Assembly: GCA_030167145.1 (NCBI GenBank)
Contig: CP126532.1
Span: forward strand, 3,840,001 to 3,872,000
Origin: Ktedonobacterales bacterium
Lineage (GTDB): Bacteria; Chloroflexota; Ktedonobacteria; Ktedonobacterales; JADMIN01
DNA: 32,000 bases
Reading direction: 5' to 3'
This document shows positions 25,005-32,000 of the stretch, piece by piece. The notes below the pieces were generated by a model that saw only the letters and a list, made by a program, of their open reading frames with translations, ran no database searches and had not been told where the DNA came from. The stretch's first letter is position 1, and the number at the start of each line of letters is the position of its first letter. The position numbers and the translations under genes were made by a program.

Positions 25005-25033
25005 AGTATAGCACCTTTCGGTTTCAAGCGCAA
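25005..25033 (-). promoter_or_regulatory. Candidate sigma70-type promoter for infA
   Basis: The minus strand reads TTGCGC-17 nt-TATACT (-35 = 25033..25028, -10 = 25010..25005), about 125 nt upstream of the infA ATG. Confidence 0.45.
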
Positions 25034-25100
25034 GTGGGTATTTCCGATTTTCCCAGTCCTCGCCCTGGCTGCGCGCGCTGGCGTGGTCATGGTGTCGCCG

Positions 25101-26234
25101 CTACTCGGCGACGTATGCGCTCAGCAGCGCCAGCGCCGTCTCGGTCAGTTCTGCCAGCGGGGCCAGCGCGATCCATTCCTCAGTGGTATGCTCGTCCATC
25201 GCGCCGGTGGAGACGGTGAAGACGCGGGCGAAGCGGCGCAGCGCGCTTGCGTCGCTGCCGATGAAGGTGATCATGGTGCGGAAGGACTGGCCGCGCGCCT
25301 CGACCGCGGCCGCCCAGGCGCGCAACAGCGGCTCGTCGGGGTCCAGGATGTAGCCGTCGCAGTGGGGATCGAACGCCACTTCGGCGCTGCCGCCCAATGA
25401 CTGCGCGGCCTCGACGAAGGCGCGCTCGATCTCCGCCAGCAGCGCTGCGCGCGGCGCACCCTCTTGCAGGGTGCGCGCCTCACCCAGCACGCGAACCTCT
25501 TTGGGCACGGCGTTGCGGGCGCTGCCGCCCTCGATGCGCCCGATGGAAATGCGCGTGGTGTCGCCGTCCAGCGAGCCGGAGGGATAACGTGCGCGGCGAA
25601 ACATCTCGATGGCGCTGGCCGTGCCTTCCAGTCGCTTGCCGGGGTGTCCGCCGCTGCCATGCAGTGTCACGTCGAAGGCGATATAGGTGGCGGCGCGCGT
25701 CACCACCACGCCCGCCTCACCTGCATTATCGAAAACAATACCTTCACGCGCGCCCCAGGGGTCGGGGTCGAAGGCTTTCGCGCCGATCAGGCCCACTTCT
25801 TCACCGACAGTGAAGAGCAGCAGCAGTGGTGGGTGGGGCAGCTTGCGCGCGGCCAGCTCCGCGACGGTATGCAGGATGATGGCGATGCCCGCGCTATCGT
25901 CCGCGCCGAGATTGGTCGCGCCGTCGCTGCGCAGGATGCCGTTGGCGAGGATGGGGGTGTGCGCCAGCCCCAGCGGCACGCGGTCCATGTGGGCGTTGAA
26001 CAGCAGCGGCGCTTCGGTATCGCGCGCGGCTGGGACACCCGGCACACGGGCGATCAGGTTGCCCACGGCGTCGGTGGTCGCGGCGATGCCCAGACTCGCC
26101 AGGCGCTCGCGCAGATAGTCGCGCACGTCCGCCTCGCTGCCCGAAACACTGGGAATGCCCGCCAGCGCGAGCATCGTCGCAGTGATGTCCGCGATCAGCG
26201 TATCTGTGCCCGCTCGCTCGTTTACCGTCGCCAT
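25101..26234 (-). CDS. M20/M42-type metallopeptidase (peptidase T-like)
   Basis: Metal and catalytic motifs NAHMDRV, GADDSAGIA and TVGEEVGLIGA. GGAGG Shine-Dalgarno precedes ATG 26234. Confidence 0.85.
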   Translation of the reverse strand: MATVNERAGTDTLIADITATMLALAGIPSVSGSEADVRDYLRERLASLGIAATTDAVGNLIARVPGVPAARDTEAPLLFNAHMDRVPLGLAHTPILANGILRSDGATNLGADDSAGIAIILHTVAELAARKLPHPPLLLLFTVGEEVGLIGAKAFDPDPWGAREGIVFDNAGEAGVVVTRAATYIAFDVTLHGSGGHPGKRLEGTASAIEMFRRARYPSGSLDGDTTRISIGRIEGGSARNAVPKEVRVLGEARTLQEGAPRAALLAEIERAFVEAAQSLGGSAEVAFDPHCDGYILDPDEPLLRAWAAAVEARGQSFRTMITFIGSDASALRRFARVFTVSTGAMDEHTTEEWIALAPLAELTETALALLSAYVAE

Positions 26235-26383
26235 GCCGTGCCTCCGTTTCCGCCTCGCTCACACTGGTGAGTATAGCGCGTGGGCAGCGGGCGCGCACAT
26301 CCGCGCCGTGGATCGTGCGGTATAATGCGCGCGAGCGTGTATGCTTGCCGCCGGTGGCGAAGTCGTGAGAGGAGCGAAGCAAT

Positions 26384-26683
26384 ATGAGCCATGCGTTGTA
26401 CATTCCCGAAGAGCTGTATGTGAAGCTTGCCGCATATGCCGCCAAGCGCCAGCAGGAGCCTGACGCAGTGGCAACTGAGCTACTGGCTGAGGCTATCACT
26501 AGTCAGGGAACAGAAACCGTGGAGAACTCGCCGCAAATTGTAGAGGCGCTGGACGCCCTTAACCGGCTCGCGGGCAGTATCAGCGTCAATGATCCGGGGT
26601 TGGCTGACGAACACGATAAGTATTTTGGTTGTGGAGACTATGATGCCATCAATCCCCTTCGCGTGGGCCTGGTGGGCCTTTGA
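26384..26683 (+). CDS. Antitoxin-like small protein (putative ribbon-helix-helix N-terminus)
   Basis: GAGGAG Shine-Dalgarno. MSHALYIPEELYVKLAAYAAKRQQEPDAVATELLAEAI has an RHH-like strand-helix-helix pattern. The ...ADEHDKYFG tail resembles PIN-partner antitoxins; after that point the sequence looks unrelated. Confidence 0.45.
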   Translation: MSHALYIPEELYVKLAAYAAKRQQEPDAVATELLAEAITSQGTETVENSPQIVEALDALNRLAGSISVNDPGLADEHDKYFGCGDYDAINPLRVGLVGL

Positions 26684-27389
26684 CCTGGGCGAACCTCGCC
26701 CGTGCGACTCCACATACTGCCAATATCCCTATGAAACTCTGCCGCCCATCCCGACGCTAGATGGGACGCTAAGTTGGCTGGGGCAGCCAGGCTGGCTAGA
26801 GCCGCCAGGCGGCGACAGTCCTGAACGGCGGGCGTCGCGCGAGCGGCTCGGTGCAGAAGCGCGTGATAAAGTGCGCGACCTTGCGACACAGGCCGAGCGC
26901 TTGGGTCTCACGCTGCCGAACGCCTTCACCCGCCTGATGGCTGCGCCCGACCTGTATACGCGCATCCCTGACTATGCCGGCTGCTACTTCCATCTCGACG
27001 AAGCGCAGCTCGATCCGTGCCCAGACAGCGAGGGCGGATTTGTCGTGCGCTTCCTCAATGACCAGCAAGATTGCATCCTATGGTATCTCTATGTGACTCG
27101 ACAAGGTACGGAGGCGGTGCTGGCAGTCGGAGATCCCTATCCCGATGCGCCGAGCCCGTACTTGGAACGCCTGGTCAGGCCGGATGATGACGGCCCGTTG
27201 ACCGCAGAGCAGCGGCGCTCAGTTCTCGCTCACACCTATGCATGTGCGCCTAGCTTCGAGGCGTTTGTCTATCGTTGGTGGCTTGAGGCCACCATCTATA
27301 TGAAGCTGAACGGCTTCGACAGCGAAATGCTGACCGAGGAGGAGCGCCGCTATCTGGCGCACTACCGGCAGGGGCGGCTCACGCCGTAA
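26640..27389 (+). CDS. SMI1/KNR4 (SUKH)-like protein
   Basis: LGLTLPNAFTRLMAAPDL..., GGFVVRFLNDQQDCILWYLYV..G..AVLAV and APSFEAFVYRWWLE follow the SUKH-1 pattern. GGAGA precedes ATG 26640/26643. The gene overlaps the upstream gene by 44 nt. Confidence 0.55.
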   Translation: MMPSIPFAWAWWAFDLGEPRPCDSTYCQYPYETLPPIPTLDGTLSWLGQPGWLEPPGGDSPERRASRERLGAEARDKVRDLATQAERLGLTLPNAFTRLMAAPDLYTRIPDYAGCYFHLDEAQLDPCPDSEGGFVVRFLNDQQDCILWYLYVTRQGTEAVLAVGDPYPDAPSPYLERLVRPDDDGPLTAEQRRSVLAHTYACAPSFEAFVYRWWLEATIYMKLNGFDSEMLTEEERRYLAHYRQGRLTP

Positions 27390-27504
27390 CTGGTGCCCTC
27401 TTATCCCACGACGGAACCCAATCATACGCCCGACGTTATGGTTGACGCTACACTATTCGGCAGTACCGCAGAACAGGCGATAAGCATTCGCCCACAGAGG
27501 TGCT

Positions 27505-27792
27505 GTGTGTTTCGGAACCGCTTCCAGCCGTCTGCATCTGCCACACACTCGCATAATCGCACTTGTTAACGCGATCAAGGCGCTGCCGCACCTGGAAATC
27601 ATGCACATCACGCCGTCGCTGGATGACGCCGCCTGGGCGCTGCTGAAGGCGCGGCCAGATAAGGAATGGTCGCTGGTGGATGCCGCGAGCTTCGTGCTGA
27701 TGCGCGACTATGGCATGACCGAAGCGCTCACTACCGATCACCATTTCACACAAGCTGGTTTTACTCGCCTGCCCGCCCCGTCGGCTCCGTAA
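27505..27792 (+). pseudogene. PIN-domain (VapC-like) toxin remnant, C-terminal half only
   Basis: KEWSLVDAASFVLMRDYGMTEALTTDHHFTQAGF matches the C-terminal PIN motif (SlvD..SF..Mr..g...A.T.D.HF...GF). No N-terminal Asp strand is in frame. A possible degraded N-terminus (ATG 27438, MVDATLF) lies in another frame and is interrupted by stops. Confidence 0.5.
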
Positions 27793-27800
27793 AGAGGACG

Positions 27801-27838
27801 AAGAGGCTGGACATTCACGAATGGATGTCCAGCCTCTT
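27801..27838. terminator. Bidirectional intrinsic terminator hairpin
   Basis: Perfect 14-bp inverted repeat AAGAGGCTGGACAT-10 nt-ATGTCCAGCCTCTT between convergent genes. It is followed by GTTGTTGTGTTT on the plus strand. Confidence 0.6.
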
Positions 27839-27858
27839 GTTGTGTTTCCGGGCGGATG

Positions 27859-28161
27859 TTAGTTGTTGTCGTGGTCGGGCATGGATGCCGCGCCCACGCC
27901 GTTACGCAGCAGTGTACGGAGCGCCTCGGCACGGCCATGCAGCCATTCGGGTCGCCGCCCGCCGACGAATTTGCCGCCGCGCGCCGCGCCATAGACCTTC
28001 ATCGCCTGCGTCAGCGCAAGCACAATCTGGCGTTCGGTTGGCACGAAGCCATGCTCTCGCGCCCAGGCCATCTCGCGCATCACGCGGGTGTAGCCGTCGC
28101 GGTACGCTGCGTCGTCGCTGTCGCTTGCTGGCTCAGATGGCAGCCCATCGAAGGGGCTCAT
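27859..28161 (-). CDS. Hypothetical protein (100 aa)
   Basis: GGAGG lies 5 nt before ATG 28161, the third codon position is G/C-rich, and the gene sits immediately downstream of the IscA-like gene. No family was recognised. Confidence 0.5.
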   Translation of the reverse strand: MSPFDGLPSEPASDSDDAAYRDGYTRVMREMAWAREHGFVPTERQIVLALTQAMKVYGAARGGKFVGGRRPEWLHGRAEALRTLLRNGVGAASMPDHDNN

Positions 28162-28181
28162 AGCAGCCTCCAGCGCGGCGA

Positions 28182-28568
28182 TTAGTGGCCGCAACCGCAG
28201 GAGCGCGCCTGGCCCGCGTCGTTGGCCGTCTTGAAGCTGTGGCCGCAGCCGCAGGTGGAGACCGCGTTGGGGTTGTTGACGGTGAAGCCGGCGCCCATAA
28301 GGCTATCTACGTAGTCTACTTCGCTGCCCTCGATGTAGCCCGCGCTCATCTCGTCCACGAAGATCTTGATGCCATCCAGATCGAGCGTGACATCGCCGTC
28401 TTGCGCTTCGTCGAGGGTCATGCCGTACTGCATGCCGGAACAGCCGCCGCCAGCGACGAAGATGCGCAGGCCGAGGGTCGTATCGCCTTCCTGCTCCAAC
28501 AGTTCGCGGACCTTCTCGGTGGCCGAGGGTGTCATCATCACAAGCTGTGTTTCGGTCTTATCAATCAT
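28182..28568 (-). CDS. Iron-sulfur cluster insertion/assembly protein, HesB/IscA/ErpA family
   Basis: GLRIFVAGGGCSGMQYGM...FTVNNPNAVSTCGCGHSF signature. AAGGAG Shine-Dalgarno precedes ATG 28568. The protein carries an extra C-terminal SCGCGH. Confidence 0.88.
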   Translation of the reverse strand: MIDKTETQLVMMTPSATEKVRELLEQEGDTTLGLRIFVAGGGCSGMQYGMTLDEAQDGDVTLDLDGIKIFVDEMSAGYIEGSEVDYVDSLMGAGFTVNNPNAVSTCGCGHSFKTANDAGQARSCGCGH

Positions 28569-28836
28569 GGGAACGTTGCTCCTTGTCGTGGAAGCCGGGG
28601 CGGATAGCGCATCCGGTCCTCCGCGATGGGGCGGGAATAGCACGCCCGCCAGCCGCATACTTCACTCTGTGCAGTATTGTATCCGCATGCCGCTGCGTGC
28701 GTCAATGATGTGGCAAGACTCCCACTAGCCAACCAGCGCCGGATGTGCGACCATAAGGGCCACGCAAACATCGCATCCCGCGATATACCGTGTTTCCGGC
28801 ACTCATTGGGGCGTTTCATGCAAAGGGGCAGACGCC

Positions 28837-29772
28837 ATGCGCGTTGGAGTGGGACTTCCCAGCACGATTCCCGGCGCTCCGGGGCATCTGATCGTCGGGT
28901 GGGCGCGCCGCGCCGAAGCGGCGGGGATATTCAGCAGCCTGGGCGTGCTCGACCGCCTGGCCTATGACAGCTTCGATCCGCTGCTCGCCCTCACCGCCGC
29001 TGCCGCCGTCACCACGCGCGTGCAGCTTGCCACGGCGATACTCGTCGGCCCACAGCGCAACACGGCGCTGCTCGCCAAAGAGGCCGCGACGCTCGACGCG
29101 CTCTCCGGCGGGCGGCTGGTGCTGGGGCTGGCCGTCGGCGCGCGCAAGGATGACTACGACGCCATGGGCATCGAATACGCCACACGCGGCAGACGGCTGG
29201 TTGAACAGCTTGCGACCCTGCGGGACACGTGGGAGGATGGCGCGATTGGTCCCCGGCCTGCGCGTGAGGGTGGGCCGCCGATCCTGGTGGGTGGGCTGAG
29301 CGACGCCGCGTATGCGCGTGTCGCGCGCTACGCCGATGGCTACGTGCATGGCGGCGGACCACCCCGCGCCTTCGCCCGCGCCGCTGATAAAGCGCGCGCC
29401 GCCTGGAACGACGCCGGACGCCCTGGCATGCCGCAAATGTGGGCGCAGGGCTACTTCGCGCTGGGCGGCGAAAGCGCGGCTGAGACGGGAACCGCGTATC
29501 TGCGCGACTACTATGCCTTCACCGGCCACTTTGCCGAGCGCATTGCCGGCGAACTGCTGACCACGCCGCAGGCCGTCGCGCAGTTCGTGCGCGGGTATGC
29601 TGATGCGGGCTGCGATGAACTGATTCTCTTTCCCACCGTCGCAGATGGTGACGAGCTAGAGCGCCTCGCTAGCGCGCTCTCTGGCCTCGCTACCATCGAG
29701 ATTCCAGCGACATCGGCAACGGCAAGCGCCAACGCGGCGGAAGCGGCGGCAAGGAGGGCGGGCCAGCCATGA
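28837..29772 (+). CDS. LLM-class (luciferase-like) flavin/F420-dependent oxidoreductase
   Basis: MRVGVGLP..., TTRVQLATAILVGPQRNTALLAKEAATLDALSGGRLVLGLAVG, and a C-terminal CDELILFP are typical of the LLM class. Confidence 0.88.
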   Translation: MRVGVGLPSTIPGAPGHLIVGWARRAEAAGIFSSLGVLDRLAYDSFDPLLALTAAAAVTTRVQLATAILVGPQRNTALLAKEAATLDALSGGRLVLGLAVGARKDDYDAMGIEYATRGRRLVEQLATLRDTWEDGAIGPRPAREGGPPILVGGLSDAAYARVARYADGYVHGGGPPRAFARAADKARAAWNDAGRPGMPQMWAQGYFALGGESAAETGTAYLRDYYAFTGHFAERIAGELLTTPQAVAQFVRGYADAGCDELILFPTVADGDELERLASALSGLATIEIPATSATASANAAEAAARRAGQP

Positions 29773-32000
29773 AGATTACGATTCTTGGCGCGGGACCAGC
29801 GGGACTCTACGGCGCGATACTGCTGAAGAAGGCCAATCCGCTGCACGAGATCACCATCCTCGAACGCAACGCGCCCGACGCGACGTATGGCTGGGGCGTC
29901 GTCTTCTCCGACCGTACACTCGCCGCGTTTCAGGAGGCTGACTACAAGTCGTACAAGGCCATCACCGACCGGTTTGTGCTGTGGGACGCGATTGACGTGT
30001 ATTATCGGGATGAACTGCTGCGCTGCGGCGGGCACATCTTCGCTGGACTGGCGCGCAAACAACTGCTGGCGCTGCTGCAACGCCGCTGCGCTGAACTGGG
30101 CGTCAGCATGCGCTTCAATACCGAGGTTGCCGATGTCGCGGCGCTCGATGGCGGCTACGACCTGCTGATCGCCGCCGACGGCGTGAATAGCCTGGTCCGC
30201 AAGACGTTCGCCGATATCTTTAAGCCGAGCCTCGTGCCTGGTAAGGCGCGCTACATCTGGCTCGGCATGGAGAAGGTGCTCGACGCTTTCACCTTCATCT
30301 TTCGCGAGAATGAGCATGGTCTCTTTCAGGTGCATTCCTATCCGTTCGACGGCACGACCAGCACCTTCATCGTGGAGTGCGATGAGACGACATGGCGGCG
30401 CGCGGGATTGGACGCCGCCAGTGAGGACGAGAGCATCACATACTGCGAGCGCCTCTTTGCGCCGGAGCTAGCTGGGCGGCGGCTATTGCCGAATAACTCG
30501 AAGTGGATCAACTTCGTCACGGTGAAGAACGCGACGTGGCGGCATGGCAACATCGTGCTGCTGGGCGACGCCGCGCACACCGCGCACTTCTCCATCGGCT
30601 CCGGCACCAAACTGGCGATGGAAGACGCTATCGCGCTGGCGAACGCGCTGGATACGCACCCCGACCTGGATACCGCGTTGGGCGAATATGAAGCGGAGCG
30701 ACGGCCGGTGGTGGAGCTTTTCCAGGCGGCGGCGGCTGAAAGCCAGAGCTACTTCGAGAACGTCAAACGCTACACGCGACTGACTCCGGTTGAGTTCACC
30801 TTCAACCTGCTGACGCGCAGCAGGCGCATCACCTATGACGACCTGCGGCTGCGCGACCCGCGCTTCGGCAATATCGTGGATCGTGAGTTCGAGCGACGCT
30901 ATTGGGCGGGGCAGGGGCGCAGTATCTTCACGCTGATCGCACCGCCGCCGATGTTCGCGCCGCTGACGCTGCGCGGGCTGCGGGTGGCGAATCGCGCCGT
31001 CTTCACGCCGGCTACGACGGGCCAGGCGGTGAGTGGCGTGCCCTGCACCGGCGACGCGCTGGAGCTGGCGCGGCTGGCCCAGGACGGCGCGGGCATGGTG
31101 CTAACCGAGCCAGTGGCCGTCGCCACTGAAGGGCGCATCACCTCCGATAGCGCCTGTTTGCACGAGGATGAGCATCTGCGCGCGTGGACGCGCATCATTC
31201 AGGCGATTCATACGCAATCGCCCGCCAAGGTCGCTATGCCGCTCAACCACGCGGGATGGCGCGGCGCGACACGTCCGCGCGGCATGGGACTCGACCGTCC
31301 GCTACGCGACGGCGCGTGGCCGCTCGTCTCCGCCTCTGCGCTGCCCTATACTGAGCGTAGCCAGACGCCACGTGCGCTCGACCGCGCTGGAATGGAGGGA
31401 ATGCGCGACGTCTTCGCGCATTCGGCGCATCTCGCGGATGCGGCGGGCGTGGACCTGCTAATCCTGCACATGGGGCACGGCTATCTGCTGTCGAGCTTCC
31501 TCTCACCGCTGACGAATCGTCGCGATGACGAGTATGGCGGCACGCTGGAGCAGCGCATGCGCTTCCCGCTGGAGGTCTTCGACGCGGTACGCGCGGCGTG
31601 GCCGCATGAGAAGCCGCTGGCCGTCGCGCTCAACGTCACCGATAGCGTGCGCGGCGGCTTTGGGCCGGACGACGCGGCAACCGTTGCGCGGACGCTCAAA
31701 GAGCATGGCTGCGATCTGCTGGTGGCGCTGGCGGGGTATGTTGTGCCGCAGACGGAGATGCCCTACCGGCGCGGCTTCCTAACACCGCTGAGCGAGCGCA
31801 TCCGCAATGATTCCGGCCTGCCCACGCTGGTCGGCGGCTACCTGACCACGGCGGACGAGGTGAACACGCTGCTGGCGGGTGGCCGCGCCGACCTCTGCCT
31901 GATGCTGCCGCCGCAGGAGACGCGCACGCGCAGCCGTAGCGCGCCGACAGTGGCGACAGACGCACGAGAAGCGCGCGCAACGGCAGATGTCCGTGAGGAA
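29769..32000 (+). CDS. Bifunctional FAD-dependent aromatic hydroxylase / Old-Yellow-Enzyme-type oxidoreductase (salicylyl-CoA 5-hydroxylase-like), 3' end beyond window
   Basis: Not in the ORF track because no stop occurs in the window. Hand translation of frame 3 is open for 744 codons from ATG 29769 (ATGA overlap with the LLM stop). Motifs: MKITILGAGPAGLY (FAD Rossmann fold), LLGDAAHTAHFSIGSGTKLAMEDA, then the OYE part NRAVFTP..., HAGWRG and RRDDEYGGTLEQRMRFPLEV. Confidence 0.88.
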   Translation, partial: MKITILGAGPAGLYGAILLKKANPLHEITILERNAPDATYGWGVVFSDRTLAAFQEADYKSYKAITDRFVLWDAIDVYYRDELLRCGGHIFAGLARKQLLALLQRRCAELGVSMRFNTEVADVAALDGGYDLLIAADGVNSLVRKTFADIFKPSLVPGKARYIWLGMEKVLDAFTFIFRENEHGLFQVHSYPFDGTTSTFIVECDETTWRRAGLDAASEDESITYCERLFAPELAGRRLLPNNSKWINFVTVKNATWRHGNIVLLGDAAHTAHFSIGSGTKLAMEDAIALANALDTHPDLDTALGEYEAERRPVVELFQAAAAESQSYFENVKRYTRLTPVEFTFNLLTRSRRITYDDLRLRDPRFGNIVDREFERRYWAGQGRSIFTLIAPPPMFAPLTLRGLRVANRAVFTPATTGQAVSGVPCTGDALELARLAQDGAGMVLTEPVAVATEGRITSDSACLHEDEHLRAWTRIIQAIHTQSPAKVAMPLNHAGWRGATRPRGMGLDRPLRDGAWPLVSASALPYTERSQTPRALDRAGMEGMRDVFAHSAHLADAAGVDLLILHMGHGYLLSSFLSPLTNRRDDEYGGTLEQRMRFPLEVFDAVRAAWPHEKPLAVALNVTDSVRGGFGPDDAATVARTLKEHGCDLLVALAGYVVPQTEMPYRRGFLTPLSERIRNDSGLPTLVGGYLTTADEVNTLLAGGRADLCLMLPPQETRTRSRSAPTVATDAREARATADVREE

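Noticed and set aside
24450-25400. 316-aa ORF (+) spanning infA and the M20 peptidase regions
   Set aside because: It is antisense to two well-supported genes and crosses their intergenic promoter region.
26265-26326. TATACT (minus, 26275..26270) and TATAAT (plus, 26321-26326) as divergent promoters between the M20 peptidase and the antitoxin-like gene
   Set aside because: The -10 hexamers are good, but I could not find acceptable -35 hexamers at 16-18 nt spacing. They are too weak to list as features.
1-32000. CRISPR arrays, transposases/IS ends, integrases, rRNA/tRNA genes
   Set aside because: I saw no regularly spaced direct repeats, no DDE, serine or tyrosine recombinase motifs in any long ORF, and no rRNA- or tRNA-like sequence.

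Overview
High-G+C bacterial chromosomal window, gene-dense on both strands. All family names come from motif recognition by eye; no searches were run.

- **1-11.1 kb:** six large polytopic GT-C-type membrane glycosyltransferase genes. Three are tandem, stop/start-overlapping PIG-V-like paralogs on the plus strand. On the minus strand are a ~470-510-aa GT-C-like protein, a GT87/DUF2029-like protein and a 1087-aa two-module fusion. An MBL-fold hydrolase, endonuclease III (nth) and hemB are interleaved with them.
- **12.2-18.4 kb:** a DUF2085 membrane protein, then a visibly lower-G+C two-gene cassette (minimal PD-(D/E)xK protein ATGA-coupled to a PIN-like protein). I rate this cassette the best candidate for an undescribed toxin/defence-type module. 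It is followed by an M29 aminopeptidase, a membrane protein with a Pro/Tyr-rich repeat tail, a cytidylyltransferase and a DUF5666-like protein.
- **18.5-24.9 kb:** a minus-strand ribosomal-protein/rpoA cluster, infA-rpmJ-rpsM-rpsK-rpsD-rpoA-rplQ-truA-rplM-rpsI. It has three unexpectedly long non-coding spacers and an L17 carrying a ~90-aa insertion.
- **25.1-32 kb:** an M20 peptidase; an antitoxin-like gene plus a SMI1/KNR4(SUKH)-like gene plus a truncated PIN remnant; a strong bidirectional terminator hairpin; an IscA/HesB protein with a duplicated CGCGH tail; an LLM-class oxidoreductase; and an FAD-monooxygenase/OYE fusion (>744 aa) that is absent from the ORF track and runs off the window.
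- **Repeat family:** a 24-nt hairpin+CTACG element (REP-like, GTAG-headed on the opposite strand) occurs four times with compensatory stem changes.

No rRNA, tRNA, CRISPR array or transposase was recognised.
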